From Macrostomum lignano (Eukaryota): 64,000 nucleotides of DNA. The notes under the pieces are model-generated. The model saw only the letters and a list, made by a program, of their open reading frames with translations. It did no database searches and was not told the DNA's origin. Below are positions 16,761 through 42,587 of the stretch, one piece after another (position 1 is the stretch's first letter; each line of letters opens with the position of its first letter). The stretch covers positions 1 through 64,000 of the forward strand of contig NIVC01003539.1 of NCBI GenBank assembly GCA_002269645.1, written 5' to 3'. A program made the position numbers and the translations under genes.

Positions 16761-19700
16761 ATGGGTTCCTCGCCTACAAAGCATGTGGATGTGAAAACAG
16801 GTGAGAATGCACTCCCGTTTCTAAGAATGCACCCCAGTTTCTAAGAATGCACTCCAGTTTCTAAGAATACACCCCCGTTTCTAAGAATGCGCACCAGTTT
16901 CTAAGAATGCGCACCAGTTTCTAAGAATGCACCCCAGTTTCTAAGAATGCACCCCTGTTTCTAAGAATGCGCACCAGTTTCTAAGAATGCACCCCAGTTT
17001 CTAAGAATGCACCCCAGTTTCTAAGAATGCACTCCAGTTTCTAAGAATACACCCCCGTTTCTAAGAATGCGTACCAGTTTCTAAGAATGCACCCCTGTTT
17101 CTAAGAATGCGCACCAGTTTCTAAGAATGCACCCCAGTTTCTAAGAATGCACTCCGATTTCTAAGAATACACCCCCGTTTCTAAGAATGCACCCCCGTTT
17201 CTAAGAAATCGCACCAGTTTCTAAGAATGCACCCCCGTTTCTAAGAATGCACTCCGATTTCTAAGAATACACCCCCGTTTCTAAGAATGCACCCCCGTTT
17301 CTAAGAATGCACCCCAGTTTCTAAGAATGCACCCCCGTTTCTAAGAATGCACCCCCGTTTCTAAGAATGCACCCCAGTTTCTAAGAATGCACCCCAATTT
17401 CTAAGAACGCTCTCCAGTCTCTAAGAATGAACTCCAGTTTCTAAGAACGCACTCCAGGCTCTAAGAACGCACTCCTATTTTCAATATCGCCGGCAAGCAG
17501 CCGATCCCCATCGCATCCCCACCCGTCCTGTCAGACCTCAGCTCCGCATTCGCCGACGGCTCGCCAGCGCAGCCGAACGGAGCCGACTCGCCGTCACCGG
17601 CGACCGCCGAATCGGACGAGGCCGGCTGGATCGCCTGCCCGCGCTGCCTGCAGCTGCTGGACGATCCCCGACAATCGCCCGGCTGCCGACATCCGGTCTG
17701 CCGCGGCTGCTACCAGCCCGGCGCCGAGTGCCCCGTGTGCGGCGAGGTCGGCCGCCAACCGCCGGAGCTTCTGGCGCCAGACGAAGACGCCGCTAGACGG
17801 TTGGCGCGGTGGCGCGAGGCGCCGGTTGTTGCTGCGTCGACATCGAAGAAACCGGCGAAACCGGCGACGAGATCGGCAACAGCCAACGGCGATGGTCCGG
17901 ACTCTGACGACACAACATCGAGCGATGAGGAGAAATCCGAGGGCGACGGAGACGACGCTGGCAAAGTCGCCGTGGAGGTCGACGGCGAGTCGCCGCCGTC
18001 GCCTCTGCAGTTGGCGCCGAGCAAATCGCAGCTGACGGAGGCGGAAAAAATTCTGATGCGCAATGGCGACCTGCTGCGGCGGCAGCTGCGGCGCTGGGCT
18101 GATGAAGCGCAGAGGCTGGACGCGTTCGTTGCCGAGTGTCATCGGGCCATAGAGCAGGAGGTGAGCGCCGGAATTCTGGGAATCGCACCTGTGGACGGGC
18201 ATGCATTTTTGGACCATTCTGGAGTCTCGAACAATATTTGTGTTGTCTGACCTGACCTGACCTGATCTGACCTGACCTGACCTGACCTGACCTGACCTGA
18301 CCTGACCTGACCTGACCTGACCTGACCTGACCTGACCTGACCTGACCTGACATGACCTGACCTGACATGACCTGACCTGACCTGACCTGACCTGACCTGA
18401 CCTGACCTGACCTGACCTGACCTCACTAGACTTGAACTAAACGGATAAAAGCCGGCATTAGAAAATCCCGGCCGAACTCCACTGACCCACAGGCGGACAG
18501 CCTTCGTGCCGTTCAACGCAGCCGCCGCCTCCGTGCGCAGCAGCAGTCGCTGGAGCAGGCCGACGCGCTCCACAAGCTCCGGCTTGGTGCTGCACGCCTC
18601 CGCGTCGCGGCGCAACTCGGCTCGGCAGCCTCCTCATCTTCGACGCTGCTCGTATCGACTGCGCGCGGGCTTCAACACCGCGTAGAGTCGGCGCGCCAAG
18701 GCGCCCTGGCCTGGGACGCCGGCGAGGCCGACAGCGACCCGGACGGCGACGCCGAGAGCCGCCTGGCGCGCTTGCGGGAATTCGCCAGCGCTGCCGCTGC
18801 CGACCTTCTGCAGGCGCCGCCAGAGCCGGCGGCTTCGCGGCTCCGGCCGGCCGCCTCCACGCCGGCCACGGCCAGTCGGCGGAGCCTCCGAGTTGTCGGC
18901 GGCGGCAAGCGGCGACGCCAGCCCACCAACTTGACGCCGACCCGCGAACTGCCCGGAGTCCACGTCTGGGACGTCGCCATTGTGCGGCACACCGGGTCGC
19001 TGTGCTATCGTGCCGACGGCGGCTCCTCCTCGGAGGCCGACGGCAGCGACGTTCGCTACTGCCCGGCCGGCGGGAAGTGGCGGCCGCTGCCCAACCCGAG
19101 CCTTTACTGCCTGCTGCCAGCCTCGTCCGGCCTGCTGGCGGTCTCGCCGGACGGTGCCACCCTGGGGAGCTGCGACTGTCGCCTCGGCGGCCCCGCGGCA
19201 ACCTGGAGCGGCTGCGCTGCCTCGGCGACCGGCTGTACACCTCTGAGCCGGAGTTCGTCTACGTGACCGACTTGTCCGGCCTCTGCCTGCACGTGCTGTC
19301 CGGTTTCAGCTGGGCGATGGGCCTGTGGCCGGACCCGGACAGGCGGCGTCTGCTGGTTGTCAATGGCGACCGGCGCTGCGTGGAAATTTTTAGCCTGGAC
19401 AGCTTCAGCCACGAGGGTGCGGGGGACATCGGGGGATATGTATGGAATAGGCTTGTGTCGGCTACTGGTGTAGGATCGAGAGTGACACATTTGGAATCGA
19501 GAGTGACACATCTAGAATCGAGAGTGACACATCTAGGATCGAGAGTGACACATCTAGGATCGAGAGTGACACATCTAGTATCAAGAGTGACACATCTAGA
19601 ATCGAGAGTGACACATCTAGGATCGAGAGTGACCCATCTAGGATCGAGAGTGACACATCTAGGATTGAGAGTGACACATCTAGGATCGAGAGTGACACAT

Positions 19701-20959
19701 CTAGAATCGAGAGTGACACATCTAGGATTGAGAGTGACACATCTAGGATTGAGAGCGACACATCTAGGATCGAGAGTGACACATCTAGAATCGAGAGTGA
19801 CACATCTAGGATCGAGAGTGACACATCTAAGATCGAGAGTGACACATCTAGGATCGAGAGTGACACATTTGGAATCGAGAGTAACACATCTAAGATCGAG
19901 AGTGAAACATCTAGGATCGAGAGTGACACATCTAGGATCAAGAGTGACACATTTGGAATCGAGAGTAACACATCTAGGATCGAGAGTGACACATCTAGGA
20001 TCAAGAGTGACACATTTGGAATCGAGAGAGACGCATTTGGAATCGAGAGTGACACATTTGGAATCGAGAGTGACGCATTTGGAATCGAGAGTGACACATC
20101 CAGGATAGAGAGTGATCTACTTAAGTCTATAATGATCAGTATTGAGGAAGCTAGTACAGCGAACCTAATTCCACATCTCTATCTAACATCCCAAACACCC
20201 TTTCCTTTAGGCAGTCTATGTGACGACGAGTTCACAGACGACCTGACAGGTGTCTGCGTCTTGGGCAACAGGATCCTGGTGGCTGATCACACAGCCTATC
20301 AGCTGCACATCTACCGCGCGGATAATCTGCAATTTGTTGGCAGACTGCAGGTGTCTTCGCCCAGGTTTCTCGTTGTGGATTCCGCAGGTGTTGTGTACAT
20401 CACGGGCGACCAGACCGAGTATCACCAGGTCAGTTGTACATGTAGTACCAGGGGCGTCACCACTGCAACAGGGGAGACAAGGAGAACTTTTATTGGCTGG
20501 CCGCCAAGGTCAGTCACGTGATAAAATCGAAGGCCATGGAGTCAAGTGAGCTAGGATACTTTACAGTTGAATTGTACCAGTTGGAAATAATCGCATGATA
20601 AGATAAGCCGCATAGATAAGTTTGGGGGTTTGAAAATCGGCAGTCACGTGCTAAGATCGAAGGCCACAGTAGTCATTCGGAAGAAAAGGTCACATGATAA
20701 GAGTTTGAGGGTTCGAAAATGGACAGTCACGTGATTCGGGGCCGAGGGAGACTTCTAAAAATAGTAACACGCGTGTACACCCACTGCGCAGGTCACCGTG
20801 CTGGACCCAGCCAACGGGCGGCAATTCTCCTGCGGCTACGAGGGCAGCAGATTCGGCGAGTTTCGCTCGCCAAGCGGCCTGGCAGTCGACGAAGTGGCTG
20901 GCGAGATCTACGTGTCCGACTTTGACAACGAGCGGGTGCAGGTGTTCTCCCTGACCTAG
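16761..20959 (+). CDS. RING finger / coiled-coil / NHL-repeat protein (TRIM-NHL-like E3 ligase)
   Basis: Phase-compatible exons 16761-16800, 17535-18160, 18493-19416, 20211-20428, 20792-20959. C3HC4 RING CPRC...GCRHPVCRGC...CPVC; NHL repeats (GVCVLGNRILVAD; GEFRSPSGLAVDEVAGEIYVSDFDNERVQVF). Needs +1 nt near 19191-19194. Exon 1 is less certain. Confidence 0.8.
16805..17475. repeat. 20-bp minisatellite (gtttctaagaatgcacccca)n, RING-NHL intron 1
   Basis: About 33 units starting immediately after the donor at 16801. Confidence 0.95.
18245..18423. repeat. (CCTGA)n pentanucleotide, RING-NHL intron 2
   Basis: Directly visible. Confidence 0.95.
19473..20100. repeat. 21-bp minisatellite (gagtgacacatctaggatcga)n, RING-NHL intron 3
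   Basis: About 30 units. Confidence 0.95.
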
Positions 20960-21139
20960 ATAGTGCTACACTGAAGTACATGTAACAGTGTCTGTCTACC
21001 GGTAGATTATTCAAGACTTCAATGAGGTTGTAATTTAAGGAAGCTTTACAGAAATTGCTCAGTCACTGGGCTGGAGAAACTCAAGTTAAAAAATATTCAC
21101 ACATAAGTCAGATCAGTCAATTTCAAGCTCGTTGATGCA

Positions 21140-21530
21140 TACCAGTTAAAAACGATAACCGGCGACAAGAATCTCTAAAAAGTCGTTCCAAACAACTCCC
21201 TAGTGACTCTGGCGACTTTTTAACGACTCAAACGCGTCTAAACTCAATCTGTTGCGTCACGTGAGTTGTAGCATCGTAAAAGTGTCGCTATAGATAGTCG
21301 TCTAAGAATAGTTGTATTGGCGCTTAACTGTCTACTAACTCAGTAGGCTAGTTAGAGCGCTTCAAACGCAACTTAGTGAACTCTTAGCACGCCTCAAAAA
21401 CGACTCTAGGGTCGTCATATCGTCACCCCGGAGTCACTAACAATCGCGCCAGAGTCGCAGGCAATAAAACGCCTCCAAATGGACTCTTAGGCGACTTGAA
21501 CAGTGACATCTCGTAGTTTTAGAGTCACTT
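21140..21530 (-). mobile_element. Dispersed interspersed repeat, copy A (inverted relative to B-D)
   Basis: Its reverse complement shares aagtcgcctaag...ttttattg(c/t)ctgcgactctg, cactaagttgcgt and tagtagacagttaagcgc with the copies at 47.2, 52.8 and 58.8 kb. Confidence 0.6.
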
Positions 21531-22374
21531 CTTTCATATTTTATTTGTAAAGCCTGCAAAGACTCTTCTTGGCATCGGTACTTGTAGTTCGATTGTATTC
21601 GATATCAAAATTAAAAAATTCCATTTCGGCTGATTAAATTGTAGTTTCTACTTTCAGTAATATGAACCCCAGTTAAAAGTTAAATCCTGACTGTGATTAC
21701 AATATTTAAAGGTCTACATGTACTCTCTAAACCCAGACAATTTTTACAGTTGACATGCTCCTTTTTCTCTTTGATTTCCTGTGAGTTTTTTCACTGATTT
21801 TCTCTTCAATGGAAGTTTCTTTTGCTGCTTTGATTGCAATTTTCTTAAAACACAACTACCTGCACTGATGACCTGATGTTGTCAACCTCTGCTTATTAAA
21901 TTCTGTCAATTTAAATAATTATTACTGGCTGGCTGGACAATAAGCCAATTTGAGAGAGGTGATTAATTACAGAAACTGATTTTTATTATCATCAAAAATA
22001 GCCTGTTGAAAGCAAACAAATAATAGCGGCTTTCTCTTGGGCAAGCAACAGGACAGTTGAAAGGAAAAACGTGCTTTAGAGATTTTGCCAGCGCTCAACT
22101 CGTCCGCGCAAAAGTTTGGACAAGTGTTTCGCAAATACAGAAAAATGCCCCCTAGGCAAATCGGAACATGCAACCATTAGTAAGTGATGGAAAACATGGG
22201 TACGCGTTGTTCTTTATTAAAGTTTTTCAATATTCGGGATGCAGTTCCGAATTTGATTGAGTGCGAGTTTCTGCGCAAATGAGACTGATCAGTTTACTTG
22301 AATTGCATTCACCGGCATTAAAATGCGACACAAAAAATGTCTACCAGACAGCATGATTTAGTGACAGCAAGATT

Positions 22375-22900
22375 GAGGTTTCGGGGTGGCTGTATGGGGT
22401 AGGGGTTTTGGGGTGGCTGTATGGGGTAGGGGTTTTGGGGTGGCTGTATGGGGTAGTGGTTTTGGGGTGGCTGTATGGGGTAGGGGTTTTGGGGTGGCTG
22501 TATGGGGTAGGGGTTTTGGGGTGGCTGTATGGGTAGGGGTTTTGGGGTGGCTGTATGGGGTAGGGGTTTTGGGGTGGCTGTATGGGGTAGGGTTTTGGGG
22601 TGGCTGTATGGGGTAGGGGTTTTGGGTGGCTGTATAGGTAGGGGTTTTGGGGTGGCTGTATAGGTAGGGGTTTTGGGGTGGCTGTATAGGTAGGGGTTTT
22701 GGGGTGGCTGTATAGGTAGGGGTGTTGGGGTGGCTGTATAGGTAGGGGCTTTGGGTAGCTGTATAGGTAGGGTTTTGGGTTGGCTGTATGGGGTAGTGGT
22801 TTTGGGGTGGCTGTATGGGGTAGTGGTTTTGGGGTGGCTGTATGGGTTGGGGGTTTGCGGGTGGCTGTATGGGCGGTTGGGGTTTTGTGGTGGTTGTACG
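22375..22900. repeat. ~27-bp G-run minisatellite (atggggtaggggttttggggtggctgt)n
   Basis: Directly visible. Confidence 0.92.
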
Positions 22901-23439
22901 GGGTGGGGGTTTGGCTTTGGCCTTCTGGGAGTGGCTGTATGGATACGAGTATACGAGTATTAGGACACGAGTACATTCATGCGCATCCCTCAAACATAAA
23001 TTTCGTATAACCATACTTGTCAGAATTGTGAAATCGAGTTTCGAAATTCGCAGAAAGACAATATCTGCATTGGTTGTTAAATAATTCCAACGGTGCTACA
23101 TTTAAACAGTGGCATACAGTAAATAGAAACTAGAGAGCTTAAATAAAATAAGTCGATTCGGTTCAAACGAGCTGAATATGCGTGCTTTTATCATGCCCCT
23201 GCATACTGTAGCAGTTAGACTGCCAAAGTTGGCGCACCTTTGCACAATGAGATCTCTGTCAATCAATGGCTATTGAACGATAAATTATGAGTTCGGTGCA
23301 TCTGGATGAAATCAATTTCTCTAGTAGAAGCTGGCGCTCTGGAGTAGCATTTTGGGACTCAGACGATCTGGAGAAAAAGTTTAGGAGACGCGATTCGTTA
23401 GGCAGGTGCTGTCGCTCACGAAAATTCAATAATAAAAAG

Positions 23440-36677
<13,238 letters not shown>

Positions 36678-38233
36678 CCTGCGCGATGATGCCTTCTAGC
36701 CGAAGTGTTGCGTTGCTGAATGAATCCTTCCTGGACAAAGCAGCGTCAAGTTGTTTAAAGGAAACTAGGAAAATGCCTGCCTGGTGAGTGGCAATGGCAG
36801 AGTGCCAATGAGGTGGGTAAGAGAACTACAGATGAGTAGAGCCTTAACCAAATAGCTTATATAGCTCTCTAAATACAACACGTCTTGTTCTTAAGCGCGA
36901 TATTAAGAGCGAAGTCTGTCTGGTAGTTCCTGTCAAGGGGGGGAATAATTTAAATTGTAATGCACCCCACAGCCGGGGTGGCGGTGTGGCCAATGGAGGA
37001 GGTTTGAAAGGCGTGGGTGGCGCCGGTAAGGACAGACAGGAGGGGCCCTGAAGCGAGTTTCAAGCGAGCCGGGTTTTTACTCGCATTTAACGGAAGGCCC
37101 TATGGGGGTCTGTCTGGGTGCCGGCATTTAAGATCGATAAATTATATGGGGGCCCGGCCCCGGAGGGGGGTGGGGGTGGCCCGGCCGGGCTGAGGAAGGA
37201 GGGGTCTGAGTTGCAAGGCTAGGGCGGGTGGGGTGGGGTGAGAATTAGAACAGGGCAGGGGGTGGAAGAGGGGGGTTGGTTCCCAGCAAGGCCTGTCTGT
37301 GCGTAGGAGTTTTAAATGGGGCGTGGAACTGGCAATGCGGATTGTTGTAATAAGGCCAAACCAAACTCATTCCCAGCCAATAGCAGGCTAGGGCAAGGCG
37401 ATGCGCAAATAATCCTACTGTTAGTAGGTGACTTTAGACGCTAAGGAAAAACAGCTCAATGGCGGATTAAAGAGTGACGCCCAAGTTCGTCATGTCTATA
37501 AATAATCGAATAGTATGCGCCAGCCAATGCAAAAACTGGCACGCTTTGCACTTAGCGCGTTGTTGCTTATAGTTAAAAAAACAGCGCGCAGTTTAGAGGG
37601 AGCTGAAATAAAAGAACATTAGAAGACAGGCGGTCACATGCTGTATCCCCGAGATATAGATAGAACTTACGACATTTTCAAGCCCTTATTATAGTTTGAG
37701 AGAGAGCGAGAGAGAGAGAAGCTGCCTTCCCCCACTAATCCCATGCAGTACAGGCGTGCACAGTGCACAGCAGATTGCAAGATGGTGACTAAGTGACTAA
37801 TAATAAAAAATAGCGCACAGTTTCAGCCCGGAAAGGAAACCGAATCAAATTAGTTCAGGTCTTAGCCTTGGCAATAGGGGCAAAACAAACAGGCCGAGGA
37901 ACTGAGGAGACAACGTGGAACAAATTTAAAAATAGACATTACGACAGAAATCAGCTCGCAGTTGTTTATAACGCGGCATGGCTGCACGTGATTTCATAAA
38001 TTACAAGTTTATGAATTGCACTTTTAAACACAGGAAATGAGGAAAGAAACAACATCATCCAGATTCATCTTCACAGATCGGCAATTCATATTTTCAACAA
38101 TGAGCTGATTGTGTGTGTGTTACAGGCACAATGTATTTATTTGGTATTCAAGTTTATAATTACTTGATATTTGATACAGGCAGCCTGTTACATGATAGTT
38201 CTGCGTATCGAGCTAACAGACAGGTAAACTAAC

Positions 38234-38521
38234 AAGGGCTGCTCAAGTAGGAGGACGGGAAGCTACGTTTCTAGGGATTTTTTAGGAGGCCGGTTTTACC
38301 AAAGAAATACATTATTACGGAGAATGGAGGTTTTCATTTTTCCAGCGCCTAATTTAGAACCCTACTAACTTTCTAAATGAAAAGCTTTATGAAAATCAAT
38401 AGAACTATAAGCAAGGCAAGACATATCAAAAGATAAACATTGGGTCTTATTTACATTAAAATCAATAACCTCCTAAAATCCAAGAAACGTAGTCCTCCGT
38501 CCTAGTACTTGAGCAGGCCTT
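38234..38521. mobile_element. MITE-like element of about 290 bp with roughly 48-bp imperfect terminal inverted repeats
   Basis: AAGGGCTGCTCAAGTAGGAGGACGGGAAGCTACGTTTCTAGGGATTTT (from 38234) is nearly the reverse complement of AAAATCCAAGAAACGTAGTCCTCCGTCCTAGTACTTGAGCAGGCCTT (38475-38521); AT-rich non-coding interior. Confidence 0.7.
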
Positions 38522-38647
38522 AGTAACTAACTTCTCAGTTAACTACATTAACTCACAGCTGATATTGTAAAAGCACAAATTAATTTGGTAAAAAACACGC
38601 GCGCTATATACTACTTACTTTTAGCACTGCTAACTGTATCGCTAAAT

Positions 38648-39270
38648 CAGGGGTTGCAAACTTTTTAACTCAAGGGCTGGCCCAGAGGAAGGGAAAGAGA
38701 GGAGGGAATAGATGGTAGAATGCACAAGAGGGAAGGGAGAGAAGAAGGGAGAGGAGAGAAGGGAGAGACGAAGAGAGAGAAGAGAAGGGAGAGAAGGGAG
38801 AGGAGAGAAGGGAGAGAAGAAGGGAGAGAAGAGAAGGGAGAGAAGAGAAGGGAGAGAAGGGAGAGAAGAAGGGAGAGAAGAGAAGGGAGAGAAGAGAAGG
38901 GAGAGAAGGGAGAGGAGAGAAGGGAGAGAAGAGAAGGGAGAGAAGAGAAGGGAGAGAAGGGAGAGGAGAGAAGGGAGAGGAGAGAAGGGAGAGGAGAGAA
39001 GGGAGAGGAGAGAAGGGAGAGGAGAGAAGGGAGAGGAGAGAAGGGAGAGGAGAGAAGGGAGAGGAGAGAAGGGAGAGGAGAGAAGGGAGAGGAGAGAAGG
39101 GAGAGGAGAGAAGGGAGAGGAGAGAAGGGAGAGGAGAGAAGGGAGAGGAGAGAAGGCTGAGAGAGCTTAGAAGAGCCACAAACCTTAGGCGGGGCCGGAT
39201 TGCAATGGTGAAGTTTCAAAGGACCCCAAAGGCCGCATATGGCACGCGGGCTGGAGTTTGCTAACCCCTA
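38648..39270. mobile_element. Non-autonomous hAT (Charlie/Buster-like) element with an internal GA-rich expansion
   Basis: Terminal inverted repeats CAGGGGTTGCAAACT (38648-38662) and AGTTTGCTAACCCCTA (39255-39270); subterminal GGCCGCATATGGCACGCGGGC. The 8-bp flanks cgctaaat/tcctacag are degenerate but both have TA at positions 4-5. Confidence 0.65.
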
Positions 39271-39342
39271 TCCTACAGCATTACTATTCCCCTCTAGCTA
39301 CCAGGCGTAGAGCTAACTAAAATATCCCCCCATGAATAAAAA

Positions 39343-41403
39343 TCAAATATAGGTGCACTTCTCGGCCGGAATGTGACCCGAGTTGCCAACGTATCGAACT
39401 GCCACCCGGCCATTTGGCCGAATAGTTATCCAGGTGATGGAGCCGTGGTCTAGGCTGAACCGGAGCCAAGCCTCCGGCGGCAGCTGCAACGCCCGGCAGA
39501 CGAAATAGCGAATAACGTTGGCGTGACAGACCAGCAATTCGTAGCTGTCCTCGGCTTGGCTGGCCGACGCCCGATGGAAGAAGCGGCGAAATGCGGACTC
39601 GATACGGGCTCCGTCCTGCGGGGGAGACCCCAGATAAGCAAAGCTAGCGAATTCTTTCGATTTTTTATTTGGCGATATTCGCGTGTTTCTCTACTGACAG
39701 TAGAAAATAAGGCATTTGAAATTGATAAAATTCTACAAAACTAGCTTGAATTTATGAGCAAATTATCAAATAGAGAGGCCGATGATCAATGAGAGGGGCG
39801 GATGATCTAAGTGAGGGGCGGATGCTCAAGGAGAGGGGCGGATGATCTAAGTGAGGGGCGGATGATCTAAGTGAGGGGCGGATGCTCAAGGAGAAGGGCG
39901 GTGATCAAGAAGAGGGGCGGATGATCAGAGAGGCGGATGATCAATGAGAGGAGGGGTAGATGATCAATGCGAGGAGGGGCGGATGATCAAGGAGAGGGGC
40001 GGATGATTAATGAGAGAACGGATGATCAGTGGGCGGATGATCAATGAGTGAACGGATGATCAGAGGGGCGGATGATCAATGAGAGGAGGGGTGGATGATC
40101 AAGGAGAGGGGCGGTTGATCAATGAGAGGGGCGGATGATCTAAGTGAGGGGCGGATGCTCAAGGAGAGGGGCGGATGATCTAAGTGAGGGCGGATGATCA
40201 ATGAGAGGCGTGGTGGATGATCAATGAGAGGAGGGGCGGATGATCAAGGAGAGGGGCGGATGATCAATGAGAGGAGGGGCGGATGATCAAGGATAGGGGC
40301 GGATGATCAGAGGGGCGGATGATCAATGAGAGGAGTGGTGGATGATCAAGGATAGGGGCGGATGATAAATGAGAGGGGCGGATGATCCAGGAACCAAGTG
40401 GCATATGAAAACAGTAGGAAAAAATAAATAAAATACACAGCAGCAGCGAGCAGACCTGATGAAATGTGTCCGGGCTGGGCTGATAGTGCGGCGCCGGTGG
40501 CTCAGGCGGCACAGGTGCGCCCTCCTCAAGCAAGGAGCAGGGCTCAGCGCTCAGGCTGCTCGGCAGATGACGGCGAATTGCTTCAGCTGTTTGCCTGCAG
40601 ACACGGATTGAATGAAAGCGGCGAATACACAAATAAGGTTAAACAAAAAGGGCGACAGATGACCAAGGGGCGGATGACCTAAGGGGGGAGAGGAAGACAC
40701 AAGACAGGATGCGGATAAGCAACAGGTGAGATGAGTGACTTAAGGCGGCAGCTAAAGGCGGATACTGAAGGGGCAGATGACCCAGGGCAGACAACTGAAG
40801 GGGCGGATGGCCCAGGGCGGATAAAGGGCGGATAACTGAAGGGACAGGTGACCCAGGGGTGGATAGTATCCATGGAGGCCAACAAAAGGCCCTAAAAGTG
40901 GTTAAACAAAGCATGCAGGCCCCTCACTTGGCCCTAGTCATGGTGGAGAAGTGCAGCTTAATCAGCGGCAAGTTCAGCTCTTTGAGCCGCTGGCCAGTGA
41001 GCTCAGCCTGTTGCCAGCCGAGCTCAGTGAGACACCTGGCCGCGTCGGTGTCGCCGTCGCAGTACTGGGCGTGCCGCACCAGGATGAGGTGCCTGGACGA
41101 TTTCGGCACAGCCTCCTCGAGAGCTTTCTCATAGGCTGCCCTTTCTTCATCATTACGCGGCGGCCGGACCAGACTCTTGGGATCTCGCCTATCCCAATTG
41201 TTATCCCAGCGTACGGACGGTTCGAAATTATTGGTGAAGGAGGCCAAAGCCTGGCTAGAGTGCAGGAACCGGGCGGCCAGGCCGGTGCCGCCGTAGGTTC
41301 CGCCAGCTCCGCTGCCGTCCTCAAAGCGCTGATAGTAACGATAGGCGCCTATTGCGGCCGCTGTGCCGAACAGGGCGGCGCATTTGCGTAGCACGCCGGA
41401 CAT
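39343..41403 (-). CDS. PGAM5: Mitochondrial Ser/Thr protein phosphatase PGAM5, about 295 aa, intact
   Basis: Exons 41403-40928, 40594-40456, 39615-39343. N-terminal hydrophobic anchor, WDNNWDRR (WDxNWD) motif, LVRHAQY histidine-phosphatase motif, [40 protein letters not shown]. Confidence 0.95.
39780..40385. repeat. Degenerate ~20-bp repeat (ggatgatcaatgagaggggc)n, PGAM5 intron 2
   Basis: Directly visible. Confidence 0.88.
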
Positions 41404-41464
41404 TCTGGCATGACAGATAGGGGGGGGGGGCAATTTTAATGGCTGACTGGCTGGAGATGAAATG

Positions 41465-42090
41465 TAGTGCTGCTCGCTATCTACCCTATGGTGTGCTCGC
41501 TATCTACCCTATGGGGTGCTCGCTATCTACCCTATGGTGTGCTCACTATCTACCCTATGGTGTGCTCGCTATCTACCCTATGGGGTGCTTGCTATCTACC
41601 CTATGGTGTGCTCGCTATCTACCCTATGGGGTGCTTGCTATCTACCCTATGGTGTGCTCGCTATCTACCCTATGGGGTGCTTGCTATCTACCCTATGGTG
41701 TGCTCGCTATCTACCCTATGGGGTGCTCGCTATCTACCCTATGGTGTGCTCACTATCTAATCTATGGTGTGCTCGCTATCTACCCTATAGTTTATTCGCT
41801 ATCTACCCTATGGAGTGCTTGCTATGTACTCTATGGTGTGCTCACTATCTACCCTATGGTTTATTTGCTATTTACCCTATGGTGTGCTCGCTATCTACCC
41901 TATGGTGTGCTCACTATCTAATCTATGTTGTGTTCGCTATCTACCCTATGGTTTATTCGCTATTTACCCTATGGTGTGCTCGCTATCTACCCTATGGTGT
42001 GCTCACTATCTAATCTATGTTGTGTTCGCTATCTACCCTATGGTTTATTCGCTATTTACCCTATGGTGTGCTCGCTATCTACCCTAGCAT
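41465..42090. repeat. 23-bp minisatellite (gctatctaccctatggtgtgctc)n between PRELID1 and PGAM5
   Basis: Directly visible. Confidence 0.93.
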
Positions 42091-42587
42091 ACTCCTACCT
42101 AAACACAAATAAAGACGCGCATTAAATTTACAAAACAAATCATAACAGTTTTACACTTTTAATTAATATAATTAAACTATGCATTCAAACTTGCGCCACT
42201 GTGAAACAATCTTCGGTAGAAATCCAGTTGGTTCTCATATCCTTGAACTAAGCTTTTCGTTTATTAGTTAGTTATTTATTTATTTGTTGCAACAAACGTT
42301 GAACTCTACTAATAGTAGGCTAGTTAGCTGGGGAGAGATTGAGTTTAAAAGTAAAAAAACCCACAGAAAGTAATATATTAAAAATATGAGTATGCAAAAT
42401 ATTGCATAGGTTACAATTAAATCCAGCAAATAGAAATATGTTATGAAGAAATTATTAATATATAGTCGGTACAATAAACTATAGACATGGGAGTTGTCCG
42501 GGTAGTTTTCATATTTGATTTTCCTCACGAGTCGATCTCGTAACTTTGAAGACCATAAAAAATCAGCAATTTAGCAGAGAACTCGGG

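Noticed and set aside
36880-37400. G-rich unique region upstream of FRK with CCAAT and GC-box-like words
   Set aside because: Such short motifs occur by chance; no TSS evidence, so it is not called a promoter.
38665-39219. Arg/Glu/Gly-rich and Ser/Leu/Pro-rich ORFs
   Set aside because: GA-rich simple repeat inside the hAT-like element.
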